64,000 nt of DNA from Octopus sinensis. Lineage: Eukaryota. The notes below the pieces were generated by a model, which saw only the letters and a program-made list of their open reading frames with translations, had not been told where the DNA came from and did no database searches. Shown piece after piece: positions 1-13,910 of the stretch (the first letter of the stretch is position 1; the number at the start of each line of letters is the position of its first letter). The stretch is taken from positions 107,012,001 through 107,076,000 of the forward strand of contig NC_043005.1 in NCBI RefSeq assembly GCF_006345805.1, written 5' to 3'. The position numbers and the translations under genes were made by a program.

Positions 1-1057
1 CTTTTTTTTAATAATTTCTAACGTAGTTCACTTCATTATCGTATCTAATATGCCTGGTTAACTCACGATGACAGTAAATTCCTTTCTCATTCTATTCAAA
101 AGTGTATAATTTTCTCTCTATATAAGTAATCAACTTGTAATATTCCACTACCTCACTCCTATGTAGATGGGAAATACTTGGCAAAATAATATGGTAGACC
201 AATTGTAACATACAGATGTGATTTCTAATCTACTGCAGGCATTTCGAAGTTTCAGTATTTATGGTTACACAACTCTATTTTACGTTATCTTTGTGGACAT
301 AACTTTCAATGAAACTCAGTATATCGTAAATTGCAGCTTATCTACGGGTATTCTCATCTCTGATCTGTTGAATGCCATCTCAGCTAAAAATAAATAATTC
401 TGTTAAAGCTATTCGCATTTAAAGTTGTATTGAGAGACACACAAATGATAATGTGACGGGAAGAGCCATAAAATGAGAGGTAAAGTCTTAATAAACCACA
501 TTCGTTTGGTTTCAGGATTGAAACCGTTTACTTTCCTCTATTTCCTTTGTTTTTCAAACAAAAGCACGAAGATGCATGATCCAAACTTGTATCGTGTCCT
601 TATTTCTTTGAAGATACGTGTCACAGTAAATTTTCTTTTTAATGAATTAAATATTTCTAGCTTTAAAAATAAACTGACCATGCACTTGAAGACCACAGAC
701 AGAAGTCGTGGAAAGGTGAGTGACTATCTATGGTCATATTGCACTGCTAGACTGTGGTCGAAATACCTTAGAAAAGATAGTAGAATACTCTGAGCATTGG
801 AAGACGTATGCAACGTGGGTGTCACCGAACTTGAGTTGTAATTTATAAGAGAGAGGAGTGGCAATTTGTACTGATCTGGTAGAGGCTTTTGAATCTCAAG
901 ATGACGCTACTTTTCTAGTGGTGTAAAGAAATGAAAAAGTGTCCCAGGTTTCAATACTAATTGCAAAAGACTGTTTCGTGTCCTGAAAGATCTTATCCGT
1001 AATAAGTAGTTAATATTAGCCTATGTGTTGGTGGGTTGTATTTGTTTTATGTAGTTA

Positions 1058-1269
1058 ACTCTTTTACTTGTTTCAGTCATGTGACTGTGGCCATGCTGGA
1101 GCACCACCTTTAGTCTAGCAAATCGACCCCAGGACTTATTCGTTGTAAGCCTAGTACTTATTCTATCGGTATCTTTTGCCGAACCGCTAAGTTACGGGAA
1201 CGTAAACACACCAGCACCGGTTGTCAAGCGATGTTGGGGGACAAACACAGACACACAAACATATGCACA

Positions 1270-1272
<3 letters not shown>
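1058..1272 (-). mobile_element. SINE family B, 3' half only, ending at the internal (TA)n tract
   Basis: Near-identical to the 3' halves of the full copies at 47018-47412 and 61121-61584 (cttttacttgtttcagtcat...gccatgctggagcacc...gaaccgctaag...ggggacaaacacagacacacaaac). Confidence 0.85.
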
Positions 1273-1313
<41 letters not shown>

Positions 1314-2139
1314 AATATATACTATAGAGACGTTAAACGTGAGATACATTAGGTTACATGCTCGGCAACTATTAATACTTGCTGGGTTAAGCAGAAAAAG
1401 TAGACCACATGACCTGTATTGGTGAGACCGAGGGCCTTAATGTTCCTCTAGAAATCTGGTAATTAACTCTTGCGATATATCTATGTGCATACATATACAT
1501 ACAAACACAGACACATACGTGCACACACACTCACACACACATATATATATACGTATGTAGAATTGACACGCAGTGTGGAAGAGTGCATGTGGACGTCTGT
1601 AAATCTGTATATTTATGCATGCATGGACTTTTTCTATGTCCATTTCTATGTTAATGCAGATATTTGTCCGCGTGTGTGTATACAGTGTGTTCTACACGTC
1701 ACGAGAGAAATTATTAAAATTGACTTGTTTCAGTGATTTATTCCAACTAAAAAAAAAAAATCACTGAACCATAACGAAGCATGTATCTTATTTCTTGTTT
1801 ATGGACTCTCGTGGTATCCACCTTCTCATACCCTTACTCTATTTCACTCCCACTCCTTCTCATCATCACAAAACATCCTCCTCCGCCTCCTCATTATTGT
1901 ATTCGATCAACGTCGCTGTCATACTCGTCACCATTATTGTAATCAGAAGATCATCACAATGTTCTTCTGACATGTTATTTGCTAATTTTGCTGCTGTTGT
2001 TGCTATTCCTGTCGTTAGTGTTCTTGTTTTATAATGGACGCCGACTTTCCTAGTGTGCTGTGTTTGCATCGATGTCCATCTGGTGCTTATCTACTCCAGT
2101 CCTGCCCTCCTCTCTCAACCTCCTACGTGTATGTGTGTA

Positions 2140-2610
2140 TTCATATACATACATGGTCAAATATGTAAATTTATATATGAAGTTGTATGTGTTTATATCT
2201 ATACAAGTATATATATAATATATTATAGATATATATTATATATAATATATATATATAATATATGTATAAATATATGTATATATGCATATATATACATATA
2301 TATGTATATGTATATATATCACACATATATTTATATATATGTATATATATGGATGTATGCAATTTATATATTATATACATACGTGTGCCTATATATATAT
2401 ATACTTGTCTATGTATATATATACTTATATGCATATGTGTGTGTGTATATTTATAAGTAACAATATATGCATTTAATATTATATATAATTATATATATAT
2501 ATATATATTATATATATATATAATATATATATTTAATATTTATAATATATATACATATAATATATAATATATGCACACACACTATTCACATATATATATA
2601 TATACATACG
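2140..2610. repeat. Degenerate (TA)n/(TG)n microsatellite field
   Basis: Direct reading; source of the YIYI-type ORFs. Confidence 0.95.
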
Positions 2611-3079
2611 CATGTTCATTCTACCATGCGTCCTAAGCAGCTCTGCACATCAGGACACCCAGCTGTGCCACCCCTTAGCCACCCGTTCATAGAAGTGTCA
2701 GTATAATGGACTACTGCATGTTGATGTCACTTCTCTTAATCTATTCACTCACAGGACGGTTTAATATTGACAATTAACAACTGTAATAAAATAGATTAAG
2801 AAGTTGATATAAAATTCAAATTGCATTAAAATCCAATGAATATTAATAACTGATTATATGTTTAATGCGGTGGCAGGAGTGGGCGAGATACAGAGGACCA
2901 AAAAGGAAAACAAATGTATACACTGAGAAAACAAACTGTATAATCACAATATTTTGATAAACACATTTACAAAAACTCCAAACGAAACACAGAAAGCAAC
3001 AACGAATAACTTTCCCTCGATGTATGTATATATGTGCGTGTGTGTGTTTGTGTATGCATGCATACGTACATCCAAAGAG

Positions 3080-3081
3080 AG

Positions 3082-3146
<65 letters not shown>

Positions 3147-3223
3147 AGTGTGTGTATATATACGTGCGTGCACACATTCATAGGTGCATACATTCATGCA
3201 TAGATAGATAGATAGATAGATAT

Positions 3224-3290
<67 letters not shown>

Positions 3291-3410
3291 CGTACATACA
3301 TACATACATACATACATACATACATACATGCATACATACATATATACATACATGCAAAGATATATACATACATACATGCATGCATACATAATACATACAT
3401 ACATACATAC
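3080..3410. repeat. Compound microsatellite (TA)(GA)(GACA)...(GATA)n(CATA)n
   Basis: Direct reading. Confidence 0.95.
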
Positions 3411-3734
3411 ATACTAAGAGGCAGGCAGACATATATATGTATATGTGTGTGTGTGTGTGTATTTACATATAAGCACACGCCTGCAATTATGTGTGTGTAG
3501 GCACACACAAATACACACACATATACAGACACATATATATGAGTTGGTGCACGCACTGACGTACATAGTAAGAACAGGGTAGGAAATATAAAGTGGCCCT
3601 AGGGGATTTTAATGAAATAAAGAGGTGAAATATAGGTAGAAGTAGTAGAATGGGTGTGGCACAATATCCTCCGGCTATGAAATACTCAACATAAAAAACA
3701 CGAAGACAAGGTGTTAATGATAATATCGACAATA

Positions 3735-3870
<136 letters not shown>

Positions 3871-4434
3871 AAAAAATGGTTGTAATAACAAATAAAATAA
3901 AGTGAAGAAATATAATTTTCAAAAACGTTAAAATGTTTATATTTTTCTAAAACTTGTCCCCACTGATTGTCGTCCATGTTTGTTTTGTTTTCCCTCATTT
4001 TAATTTTAAGTGATATCAGTAGATCAAATTGCAATTCTTCTCGAAGTATAACGAAGTTATGACAAGCTGTGATGGCTGCGGTTGATATTGCTGTATGATG
4101 ACTGTTTTAGTTCTGGTGGTGACGTTGATGATGGTGTTGCTGGCGGTGTTGGTTAGTGGTAATTGAAGCGGTGTTGTGGAGGTAGTTTTAAGTGTTGGGT
4201 TTCTTCTGATGGGTCTTCGTGATTGCTGTGATAATGGTTATTCACGATACAGTTAAAGTAGTTTTGGCGGCGGTATTGCTAGTAGTGATACTGTTTGTAT
4301 TAGTTACGCTGGTCTAGGTAGTGTTGGTGGCGTTTAATCCTGGACGTAGCAAACGTGGTGGTAGTCGTTGGGGTGGTGGTTGTGATGCTGGTATTCTGGT
4401 GGAGGTTTAGTGAAGTAGAAGTGTCTTAGTGGTT

Positions 4435-4854
4435 GGCGGCGAGTTGGCAGAATCGTTAGCACGCCGGGCGAAATGCTTAGCGGTATTTCGTTTGCTGCTG
4501 CGTTCTGAGTTCAAATTCCGCCGTGGTCGACTTTGCCTTTCATCCTTTCGTGGTCGATTAAATAAGTACCAGTTACGCACTGGGGTAGACATAATCGACT
4601 TAATCCGTTTGTCTGTCCTTGTTTGTCCTCTCTGTGTTTAGCCCCTTGTGGGTAATAAAGAAATAGGTATTTCGTCTGCCGTTACGTTCTGAGTTCAAAT
4701 TCCGCAGAGGTCCACTTTGCCCTTCATCCTTTCGGGGTCGATTAAATAAGTACCAGTTACGCACTGGGGTCGATATAATCGACTTAATCCGTTTGTCTGT
4801 CCTTGTTTGTCCTCTCTGTCTTTAGCCCCTGGTGGGTAGTAAAGAAATGGGTAT
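4435..4854 (+). mobile_element. SINE family A (tRNA-derived), dimer: full unit plus second unit starting at internal GGTATTTCG
   Basis: A-box-like TGGCAGAATCG, B-box GAGTTCAAATTCC, core GGTCGACTTTGCCTTTCATCCTTTCGGGGTCGAT (from memory similar to the Deu/Nin SINE core, unverified); GGTAT at 4482, 4666, 4850; many copies in window. Confidence 0.9.
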
Positions 4855-5334
4855 AGGCTCGGCTTATAGTGATTGTGGTAGTGTGGGCTGTAGACGCAGT
4901 GCTGTTGTTTCGGTGTCATAGTGGTGACTGTGGTAAAATAGTGTTTCTATTTTGCTCAACGAGTTGTCCTTGTTTTGTCTTTGGTAATAACATTGACAAT
5001 AGAATGTCAATATGAAATTTCAATCCCAAGAGCATGGAAAGTAGCATCACCACTAACAACGAACTTAGACGTAAGGAATTTTACCATTATCCTGCTGGAC
5101 ACCGTCATCAGCAACGTGGTCTTGGCCGTGTTTGTGGTCGCAGTTGTCTACGTTCGTTATCATCGTCGACAAGCGTGTCAGCCTCTGCGTCATCGTTATC
5201 ATCATTATCATCACGATCAACACTACAACAATCACAGCTACTGTATACTATCACCACTAATATAGACTCTACTACCAATACCACGACATCATCAACGCCG
5301 CCGCCACCGCCGCCACTGCCGCCTATACAGTCGT

Positions 5335-5411
5335 GGTGGTTTCATCATCATCATCATCATCTCATCATCCATCATCATCATCATCATCATCATCAATCAT
5401 CATCATCATAC

Positions 5412-5499
<88 letters not shown>

Positions 5500-5501
5500 C
5501 C

Positions 5502-5533
<32 letters not shown>

Positions 5534-5870
5534 CATCATCATCACCATCATATATCATCATCATCATCATCACCATCATCATCATCAACCATCATCACAT
5601 CATATCATCATCATCACCATCATCATCATCATCTCAATCATCACCAATCATCATCATCATCATCATTATCACCATCACCATCATCATCATCCTCATCATC
5701 ATCACCACCACCACCACCAACACCATCATCATCATCATCATCATCATCACCACCACCACCACCACCTTCATCGTTATTGTCATCGTCATCGTCATCGTCA
5801 TCGTCGTCGTCATCATCATCATCATCATCAACACCATCATCATCAGTAGCAGCAGCAGCAGCAGCAGTAG
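5335..5870. repeat. Imperfect (CAT)n/(CAC)n/(CGT)n/(CAG)n tract
   Basis: Direct reading; produces the poly-H/S/I ORFs. Confidence 0.95.
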
Positions 5871-6945
5871 TGGTTATGAAAGCAATAGCCATATTTGTGC
5901 CTAGTTTTCGATGCAATAACCCTGTTATCATCTCCTCTGACCGTAAAGCATCCCATCCTACTCATTCCTCATCCAGCAAAGCCTCACCCCCCCCCCCCCC
6001 GACCTCACTGCAATGGAAACAAACTATTACCTCACCACAATGGTGCTACAAAAAAAAAAGAAATACAGTTAGCACATGCATTCCCCCGATCTCCCCGCAC
6101 TGGCACACCCTCACCACACCCCGATGACGGCACACCCTCGCCACAAGAAAATTGGACACCCTACCACATCCAGGACTGCACATCGCAAACACCTCTACGA
6201 CACCCCTACCCGCCGTCTCACACACACCGACACTCACACAAGGCGTGCCACCCACCCACCAACCCTAACCGCACAACCCATCACACCTCGGTGGCACACT
6301 GCACTGCATCACACTCTCCAATAATTCCTTCTTAATGTTAATTGGTTTTGAAATGATTTTTATGTAAACTCATGTCCCCGTTGTTGTTTTTGCTGATGTT
6401 GTTGCCATTTAAATATTGTTGTTAACGCAGTCTTCTCATAACTGTTGTTGTGATTGTCGTTGCCGTCGTGTTCGTCTTTCCTCTTCCTTATCGTTGTCGT
6501 CGATATTAGTTTTCTAATATTTTATTTTTGTGTTCTATCTCAAAATGCACTGAATACAATTGCATTTGTCAGGTGCAGTGACGCTTCGCAGAAAGTCAAC
6601 AGATAAAATGCAAATTTATAGACAAGATCGTGGGGTTTTTTTTCGTGTGTTTTGCGTGCAGCTGAGCAGTTGCTGTAATATTTGTTGTTGTTGCTAACGA
6701 TTTTGTTGTTGTTGTTGTTGTTGTTGTTATGTTCGCTGTCATTTAAAAAAAAATCCAATTTAAAATAAAGGTTACCGGTGGGGCTTGTTATAATCCTGAT
6801 GTGGATAACCACAAAGACAAACACTTTAACCGATGTGAAAATTTAAGTTAAAATAGGAATGAAGGAGAATGAATTCAGAAAATAAAAATCAGCAGCGAAA
6901 ATAACCATGTCGATGACGATGACAACGGTGATGATGATGGTGTTG

Positions 6946-7017
<72 letters not shown>

Positions 7018-7066
7018 TTGTCATCACATGAAAAATAATCTATTTGCTACTAAGTGCTCGTTCATA

Positions 7067-8205
7067 CAAAGGGGTGCTAAAAATTCCTGGTTTAAGAAAA
7101 CCGCGAAAACGTGTATCTATTTCTTTACTACCCACAAGGGGCTAAATACAGAGAGGACAAACAAGGACAGACAAACGGATTAAGTCGATTATATCGACCC
7201 CAGTGCGTAACTGGTACTTATTTAATCGACCACGAAAGGATGAAAGGCAAAGTCGACCTCGGTGGAATTTGAGCTCAGAACATAGCCATTTCGCCTGGTG
7301 TGCTAATGTTTCTGCCAGCTCGCCGCCTAACCGCGAGAACGTATAGTTGTTACCTTTACAGGGGATGTTGGACAACTATTTAGGAAAATATGCGCAAAAG
7401 GTCAAGATGGTAGACAATATATCTTTATCTTTTCTTTTGCAGATTTAATGCATGATGGCAGCTCCTCCAGTGGATTTTGGCTAAATTGAAGCACAGGCAA
7501 ATTTCCTCTTTTTGCAAGGCAAAGGAACCGCGGAAATCCACGGCGAAATGAAAGAAATCTTTAAGGATGACTGTCCATCTCATTCCACAGTAAAAATCTG
7601 GGGGTCAATGTTTCGGACTAGTCATTTCGAGTTCACAGACGAACCCCTATCAAGAAGGCCAACAACCGCAACTACAGTGCATAAAGTCGACGCTGTGCAC
7701 GTCATGGTTCCTAAGGACCACCGGATTTCAGCTGAATCCCTAGCTAAACTCTGGGGATTTCCTGCAAAAAAGTTGACTACATTATCCACAACATTCTGGA
7801 CATGAGAAATCTTTCCGCAAAATGAGCACCAAAATGCCTGAACGCAGATCAGCAGCGCATCAGGATGGAAATGTCAAAGGCGATTTTGGACTGTTTTGCA
7901 GCGGGAGAGGTTGATTTTATGCCAGAATGTTTAGTCAGCATGGAGGAAACTTGGTTTCATTATTATGGTCATGAGACCAAGCAGCAATAAATGGAGTGGC
8001 ACCACAGCTGTTCACCGCGTCCCAAGAAGTTTCGAATTCCTCAGCTGGAAAGATTCTGGCTTCAGTGTTTTGCGACAAAAACAGAACACTCCTCATAGAA
8101 TACTTGCCAAAGGGTCGCACCATCAACACATGAAGCAGAAACAACGCGGTAAGATGAGCTGTGGTGTACTACTTTTGCAGGACCAGCACACGTAACTCAT
8201 GAAAT
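7067..8205 (+). mobile_element. Mariner transposon relic (left TIR plus decayed, internally deleted, 3'-truncated transposase)
   Basis: TA then CAAAGGGGTGCTAAAAAATTCCTGG TIR-like start; across frames QGKGTAEIHGEMKEIFKDDCPSHSTVKIW, ILDMRNLSAK*APKCL (WVPxxL motif), VSMEETWFHYY, SAGKILASVFCD, LLLQD. Confidence 0.85.
7113..7328 (-). mobile_element. SINE family A monomer inserted in the mariner, 14-bp TSD
   Basis: Family A sequence flanked by aaccgcgaaaacgt (7099-7112) and aaccgcgagaacgt (7329-7342). Confidence 0.9.
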
Positions 8206-8213
8206 GAGCTAGA

Positions 8214-8457
8214 CAGACGAAATACCTATTTCTTTACTACCGACAAGGAGCTAAACACAGAGAGGACAGACAAGGACAGACAAACGGATTAAGTCGATTA
8301 TATCGACCCCAGTGCGTAACTGGTACTTAATTTATCGACCCTGAAAGGATGAAAGGCAAAGTGGACCTCGGCGGAATTTGAACTCAGAACGTAGCGGCAG
8401 ACGAAATACCGCTAAGCATTTCGTCCGGCGTGCTAACGATTCTCCCATTTTGGCCGC
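8214..8457 (-). mobile_element. SINE family A unit plus 13 nt of a following unit
   Basis: Family A sequence; 3' end reads AAAGAAATA-GGTATTTCGTCTG. Confidence 0.9.
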
Positions 8458-9713
8458 GTTACAGTAATTTAAAAAAAACTGTATTACGTTGCTACATCAC
8501 TTTCACCATCAGCACCACCATCTTCTTCAGTAACATCACCGGCACCTCACACCCATTACTGCCAAAAGCATCATCGCCGCAACGGCCGCAATATCATAAC
8601 CGTTATTAATATCACTATTATTGCCCATTCCACCAACTGCCATGCTAACACTATACCCAATATCTGTGCCTCAACCGTCACCAATACCACCACCACCACC
8701 ACCACCGCCGCCGCCGCCACCGCAACCAGTAGTAGTAGTAGTAATAGTAGTTGTTGTTGTTGTAGTATTACCACAATAACAGCCACAGCTAAAAATATTA
8801 CCTCCCCTTGCCACCCCACCATCAATTTCATCATCATTACCATCATCGTTAAGCTATCTGTTTTAGACAAGGATGTTTAGAATTTCTTGCAAAAGTTCAG
8901 TGTGATAAGCTCTCAGTCTGGGGCGAGATACACACGCACACACACACACGCACACTCATGCACACGCTACCACGCATAAACACACATGCATTCATACACA
9001 AACATATTACACACAAATACACATTCACATACGTTCGTACACAAACATATATTATGCGGGCACACACACGAGCACACTCACTCACGTACGCATGTACACG
9101 TACACACGCACATACATATGTTTGTATGCACAAACACATACACAACACATGGATTTATTTATATATATATACATATGTATGTATATGTATTCTTTTATCC
9201 GTTTTACTTTTTCAGTCACTAAACTGCGGCGATACACATGTATGTGTATGTATGCATACGCACATGCATGTATACACAAATACGTTCATACACACACACA
9301 TGCATATATACATTTACAATTTTTATATATACATACACGTTTGTGTTTTGTTTTGATGTGATCCAGCTGGCTTAGATAGGAGCAACGAAGAAAATTTAAG
9401 CACATAAAATGATGAACGAGGAATTGAAAACGGATTTATATAAATACAAGAACCCATCAATGTACATGAAACATCAGGCTTTTACAACGTTTGTGTATCA
9501 TATGAATCATTTCTGAACAATAAGCGGTCACTATGAGGACCGATGTCTAATCGAGTGTGACTTCATAAATGATGTCCTAAGGGAGATAATTTAAGCCGGC
9601 CCTGTTTTTATTGTTTTCAACCATTCGGCCGAGTAGTTTGGCATCCGCAGAAAACCTCTTCAATTTAGTTTCAATATTCCATTCTTGCACACCTTTTATA
9701 GTGTTTTGGTTAT

Positions 9714-10128
9714 GGCGAGCTGGCAGAAACGTTAGCACGTCGGACGAAATGTTTTGCGGTATTTCGTCTACCGCTACGTTCTGAGTTCAAATTCCGCCGA
9801 GGTCGACTTTGCTTTTCATCCTTTCAGGATCGATTAAATATCTACCAGTTACGCACTGGTTTTGATATAATCTACTTAATCGGTGTGTCTGTCCTTGTCT
9901 GTCCCCTCTGGGTTTAGCCCCTTGTGGGTAATAAAGAAATAGGTATTTCGTCTGCCGTTTCGTTCTGAGTTCAAATTCCACCGAGGTCGACTTTGCCTTT
10001 CATCCTTTCGGGGTCGATTAAATAAGTACCAGTTACGCACTGGGTCGATATAATCGAATTAATCCGTTTGTCTGTTCTTGTTTGTCCTCTCTTTGTTTAG
10101 CCCCTTGTGGGTAGTAAAGAAATAGGTT
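9714..10128 (+). mobile_element. SINE family A dimer
   Basis: Same architecture as 4435-4854; GGTAT at 9758 and 9942, GGTTA at 10125. Confidence 0.9.
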
Positions 10129-10329
10129 ACATACGCAGACATCCAGAGCGTAACTAATGATTAGTGTTAAGTTGCTAATACTCAAACTACTAACTTATAG
10201 ATCTGCTGCACAAATATTGATTATTTGCGTTACACAAGTGTGACAAAGCTGGTCCATTGAATTACAGATAGAACCAAATTGCGAGGCTTTTATTGAGTTT
10301 TCGGCTATCCCAAAATCCTAACGTGGCTT

Positions 10330-10438
10330 AGGTCACCTCAGATAATGGTAAAGGCTCGTAACAACCACGCTATACTGTGTGATCGAACGCAGGATTTCGT
10401 GGTTACGAAGCGAATTTCCTAACTTCTCAGCCATGTCT
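10330..10438 (-). mobile_element. Degenerate tRNA-like SINE head
   Basis: Minus strand TGGCTGAGAAGTT...GCGTTCGATCAC resembles A/B boxes of the other SINE heads. Confidence 0.45.
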
Positions 10439-11694
10439 ATATCAATACGTATTGTAGGGACACATAACCATTAAGCATACGTGTTACTCGGGGTTAAGAA
10501 TATTTTTCATCGTAGATCTGCTCGATTGAATATTGCATCAGCTAAACGACATCAACAACACCATTGCCAAAGCAACATCAAATACAGAAATACCAGCAAC
10601 AACAACAACAGAACAACAACAAAGACAGCAGTAACTGCAACAACAACAAAATAAAGACCTTTCTGAAATACACTGAAAAACAAAATGTTGGTCTAAAATA
10701 ATATGGTATAAAATATTCTGCTTTAATATATTTTTTTAATTGATATCAGATGATCCAATACTATGTTTATGATGTTCTGTCACTGTGTAATACGATACGA
10801 CATCGTCAATTAACATAGAATGCAATAAGATATAGCACGCTACAATAAAACGACGTAAAACATGCTACTTTAAAATGTACATGAAATAAATAGATTAATG
10901 TGTATAAAATTTCACTGAATATGGTTATAACGGAATTAAATAATATGGAATATCTTTTAACCAGCAATATTCAAATAAATAAATCGAGAAAATTCAATGA
11001 TCGCAGATGAATAGCATTCGATAGAGTTCTCAGATCTCCCATAAGCGAAAAAAATTGTTATCTCTCATCGTAAATTGAAGACAGTAAGTCGAGTTCAATT
11101 TCATTTTTATTTTCGTTGTTGTTCCCCAGACCGACGTCGAATGAGTAGACCAATAGGCAAAAGTTTAGCAGTAGGACTATTCAAGTCTTTGCCTACATTA
11201 CACTATCCTGAGTATCCTTCAATGAAATGTGTTTAGAGATAGATCTAGCTGCTATGTGTAGCAGATCGAGTAATCACACAGTTCTCTTTGGTGACGAATG
11301 AATGAAGACAACTTTAGATGTTGTAGTTCATTATTTTAGAAAATCGGTCTATTTTAAAATTGCTTTTTCAAATCTGTAATGTAGGTTGAAAGACATACTG
11401 TAGAGTTTAGGAACGATACAATTCCATACCAATTTACCATTCTTTATAAGGTACTCATTTCATGAAATAAATGATTTTTCTCTGCTGACTCAGAGGAACT
11501 CACACCAAAGGACAGATATTTCACAGAGAAAGATGCATAATGTATATCAACAAGCCACGTGTGTAACAACATAAAATGTAGACCTTATTATCGTTCTAAT
11601 GATAGTTCGGATTTTGCAGAGACCAGTTTCCGTTTTCATCTTCGTCGGGTAGTGACAATTTACTTTTTCGATAACTATTCTTAAAAATGAACAT

Positions 11695-11992
<298 letters not shown>

Positions 11993-12104
11993 CCAAAAGT
12001 GGCATCGGAGTGGCGATGCATATCCTGCACACAGAATTATTTTGCGAATTATAGTGTGGCTTACAATGCGTTGCTTACCCAAGCTTTTTGATTGAACTTA
12101 ATTA

Positions 12105-13333
12105 TCAGGTTGAGTAAAAAGTAAGCAACGTTTTGGACCATAAAATATGTGTACCGGACTTTTGCAGAGTTTTGAATATTTTTAAACCTTTTTTTTTGTA
12201 ATTGTTTGATAATACGGACATAGACTTACCTAAATTCATCAATAAATCAACATTGATATTCTTTTGCTCCGTTGTTACAATCATCTGAAAGAGTATTGTC
12301 AAAGCAATTTTGCTATTATACTTTAAAAAAGGATGTAAAGCAGCTGAAACTGTTCGCGATATCAACGAAACGTTTGGTGAGGAAATGACCACTGAGTGGT
12401 CAGCTCGAAAATGGTTTAAACAATTTCACAAATCTGAACCTTGAAGATCGTGAGCGTAGTGTACGCCCGTCTGTCATCGATGAAGGTCAATTATAGCCAG
12501 TCATTGAGAAAGATCCACATAAACCACCCGAGAAATAGCAAAAGAACTTCAAGGTAGCCAGAAAACTGCTTGCAACCACTTGCATGCGATCGGAAAATCA
12601 AAACAGCTTGACAAATGCGTGCCACACGATTTGAATGAAAATCAGAGAATACACATATGAGAAATTTGCTCGTCGCTTCTCCTCCGTAACCATATCGATC
12701 CATTTCTCGACCTTATTGTAACATGCTGTGAAAAGTGGATTCTGTACAATAATGAAAAAAAGTTCTTCGCAGTGGTTGGATCAAAATGGAGAACCGAAAT
12801 CCTTCCTTAAACCTGAGCCCTTCAATAAGAAGGTTATGCTGACTGTTTGGTGGTGTACTACTTGACTCATCTACTATAACTTCTTAAAACCCGGAAAAAG
12901 CCATTACTGCAGAAACATATTGCCATGAAATTGCCAAAATGACCGAAAAATTGTGACGCCTCCGTCCCAGGTTGGTCAACAGAAGAAGGACAATCATCTA
13001 CCACACAGTTTATTAATGATGCTCCAGAAGTTAAGGGAACTAGGCTACGAAGTTCTTCCCCACCCAGCTTATTCTCCAGACCGTTCTCCTACCGACTACC
13101 GCTTTTTCAATAACCTTGATGGTTTCCTGTGAGAGAAGGAGCTCAAAAATTAAAACGATGCTGAAATTACATACAAAGAGTTCATCTCCTCCAGAACTCC
13201 AGATTTTTATGTTACCGCAAAAATATATTGATTGTAATGGTGCTTACGTTAATGAATGAAATTGCCGCATTGTTGAAATATATTGTCATGAATTTTATGC
13301 TTAAAAACGTTGCTTACTTTTTACTCAGCCTGA
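12105..13333 (+). mobile_element. Full-length mariner transposon (1229 bp) with 30-bp TIRs and TA TSD
   Basis: TA-TCAGGTTGAGTAAAAAGTAAGCAACGTTTT at left; reverse complement of right end TCAGGCTGAGTAAAAAGTAAGCAACGTTTT followed by TA (1 mismatch). Confidence 0.95.
12301..13260 (+). pseudogene. Decayed mariner transposase (Hsmar1/cecropia-like)
   Basis: Manual translation across stops/frameshifts: KAILLLYFKKGCKAAETVRDINETFG, DKCVPHDLNENQ, IVTCCEKWILYNN, KKVMLTVWW, LPHPAYSPDRSPTDYRFF, KYIDCNGAY. Confidence 0.9.
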
Positions 13334-13340
13334 TATCATC

Positions 13341-13847
13341 ATTTATTTTAAGCATCAGCATTAGAGGTGAAATTAAGAAATCAACTCGTAAATTAACAAA
13401 ACCCTTGAATCCATCAGAGTATACACACACATACACATGCACACGCACACATACACACAAACACACACTCAGACAATCACATACCTGTGTATGTATTTAT
13501 GACTGAGCATCATGATCATAGGTGCATCATGATATATATACGCATGCAGACGGGGGTCGCTTCATTGAAAAAGAATGAGAACAAATTTAAATATCCATAG
13601 AAAAGTATTTCATAGAATTTCGGTGTTTTGAATGTATTTTAATGATGGCATGTGAATCAAGCGTACTGCAGCTCGTTATAGGATATAGGTAATATGACCA
13701 CTTCCTTATCGGGAAATTTGTAAGTTCGATTAAAATGATTTATTTTTAAGCATCACCATTGGAGGTATTCATACTCCGGTGGAATTAACAAATCAACTCC
13801 TAAATAAGCGAAATGCATAAATCCATCACTGTACACCCCCCACTGAC

Positions 13848-13910
<63 letters not shown>

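Noticed and set aside
473-793. 106-aa ORF with a C2H2-like F..K...HLKT stretch
   Set aside because: No cysteine pair or second histidine; only the internal 661-715 segment has splice signals
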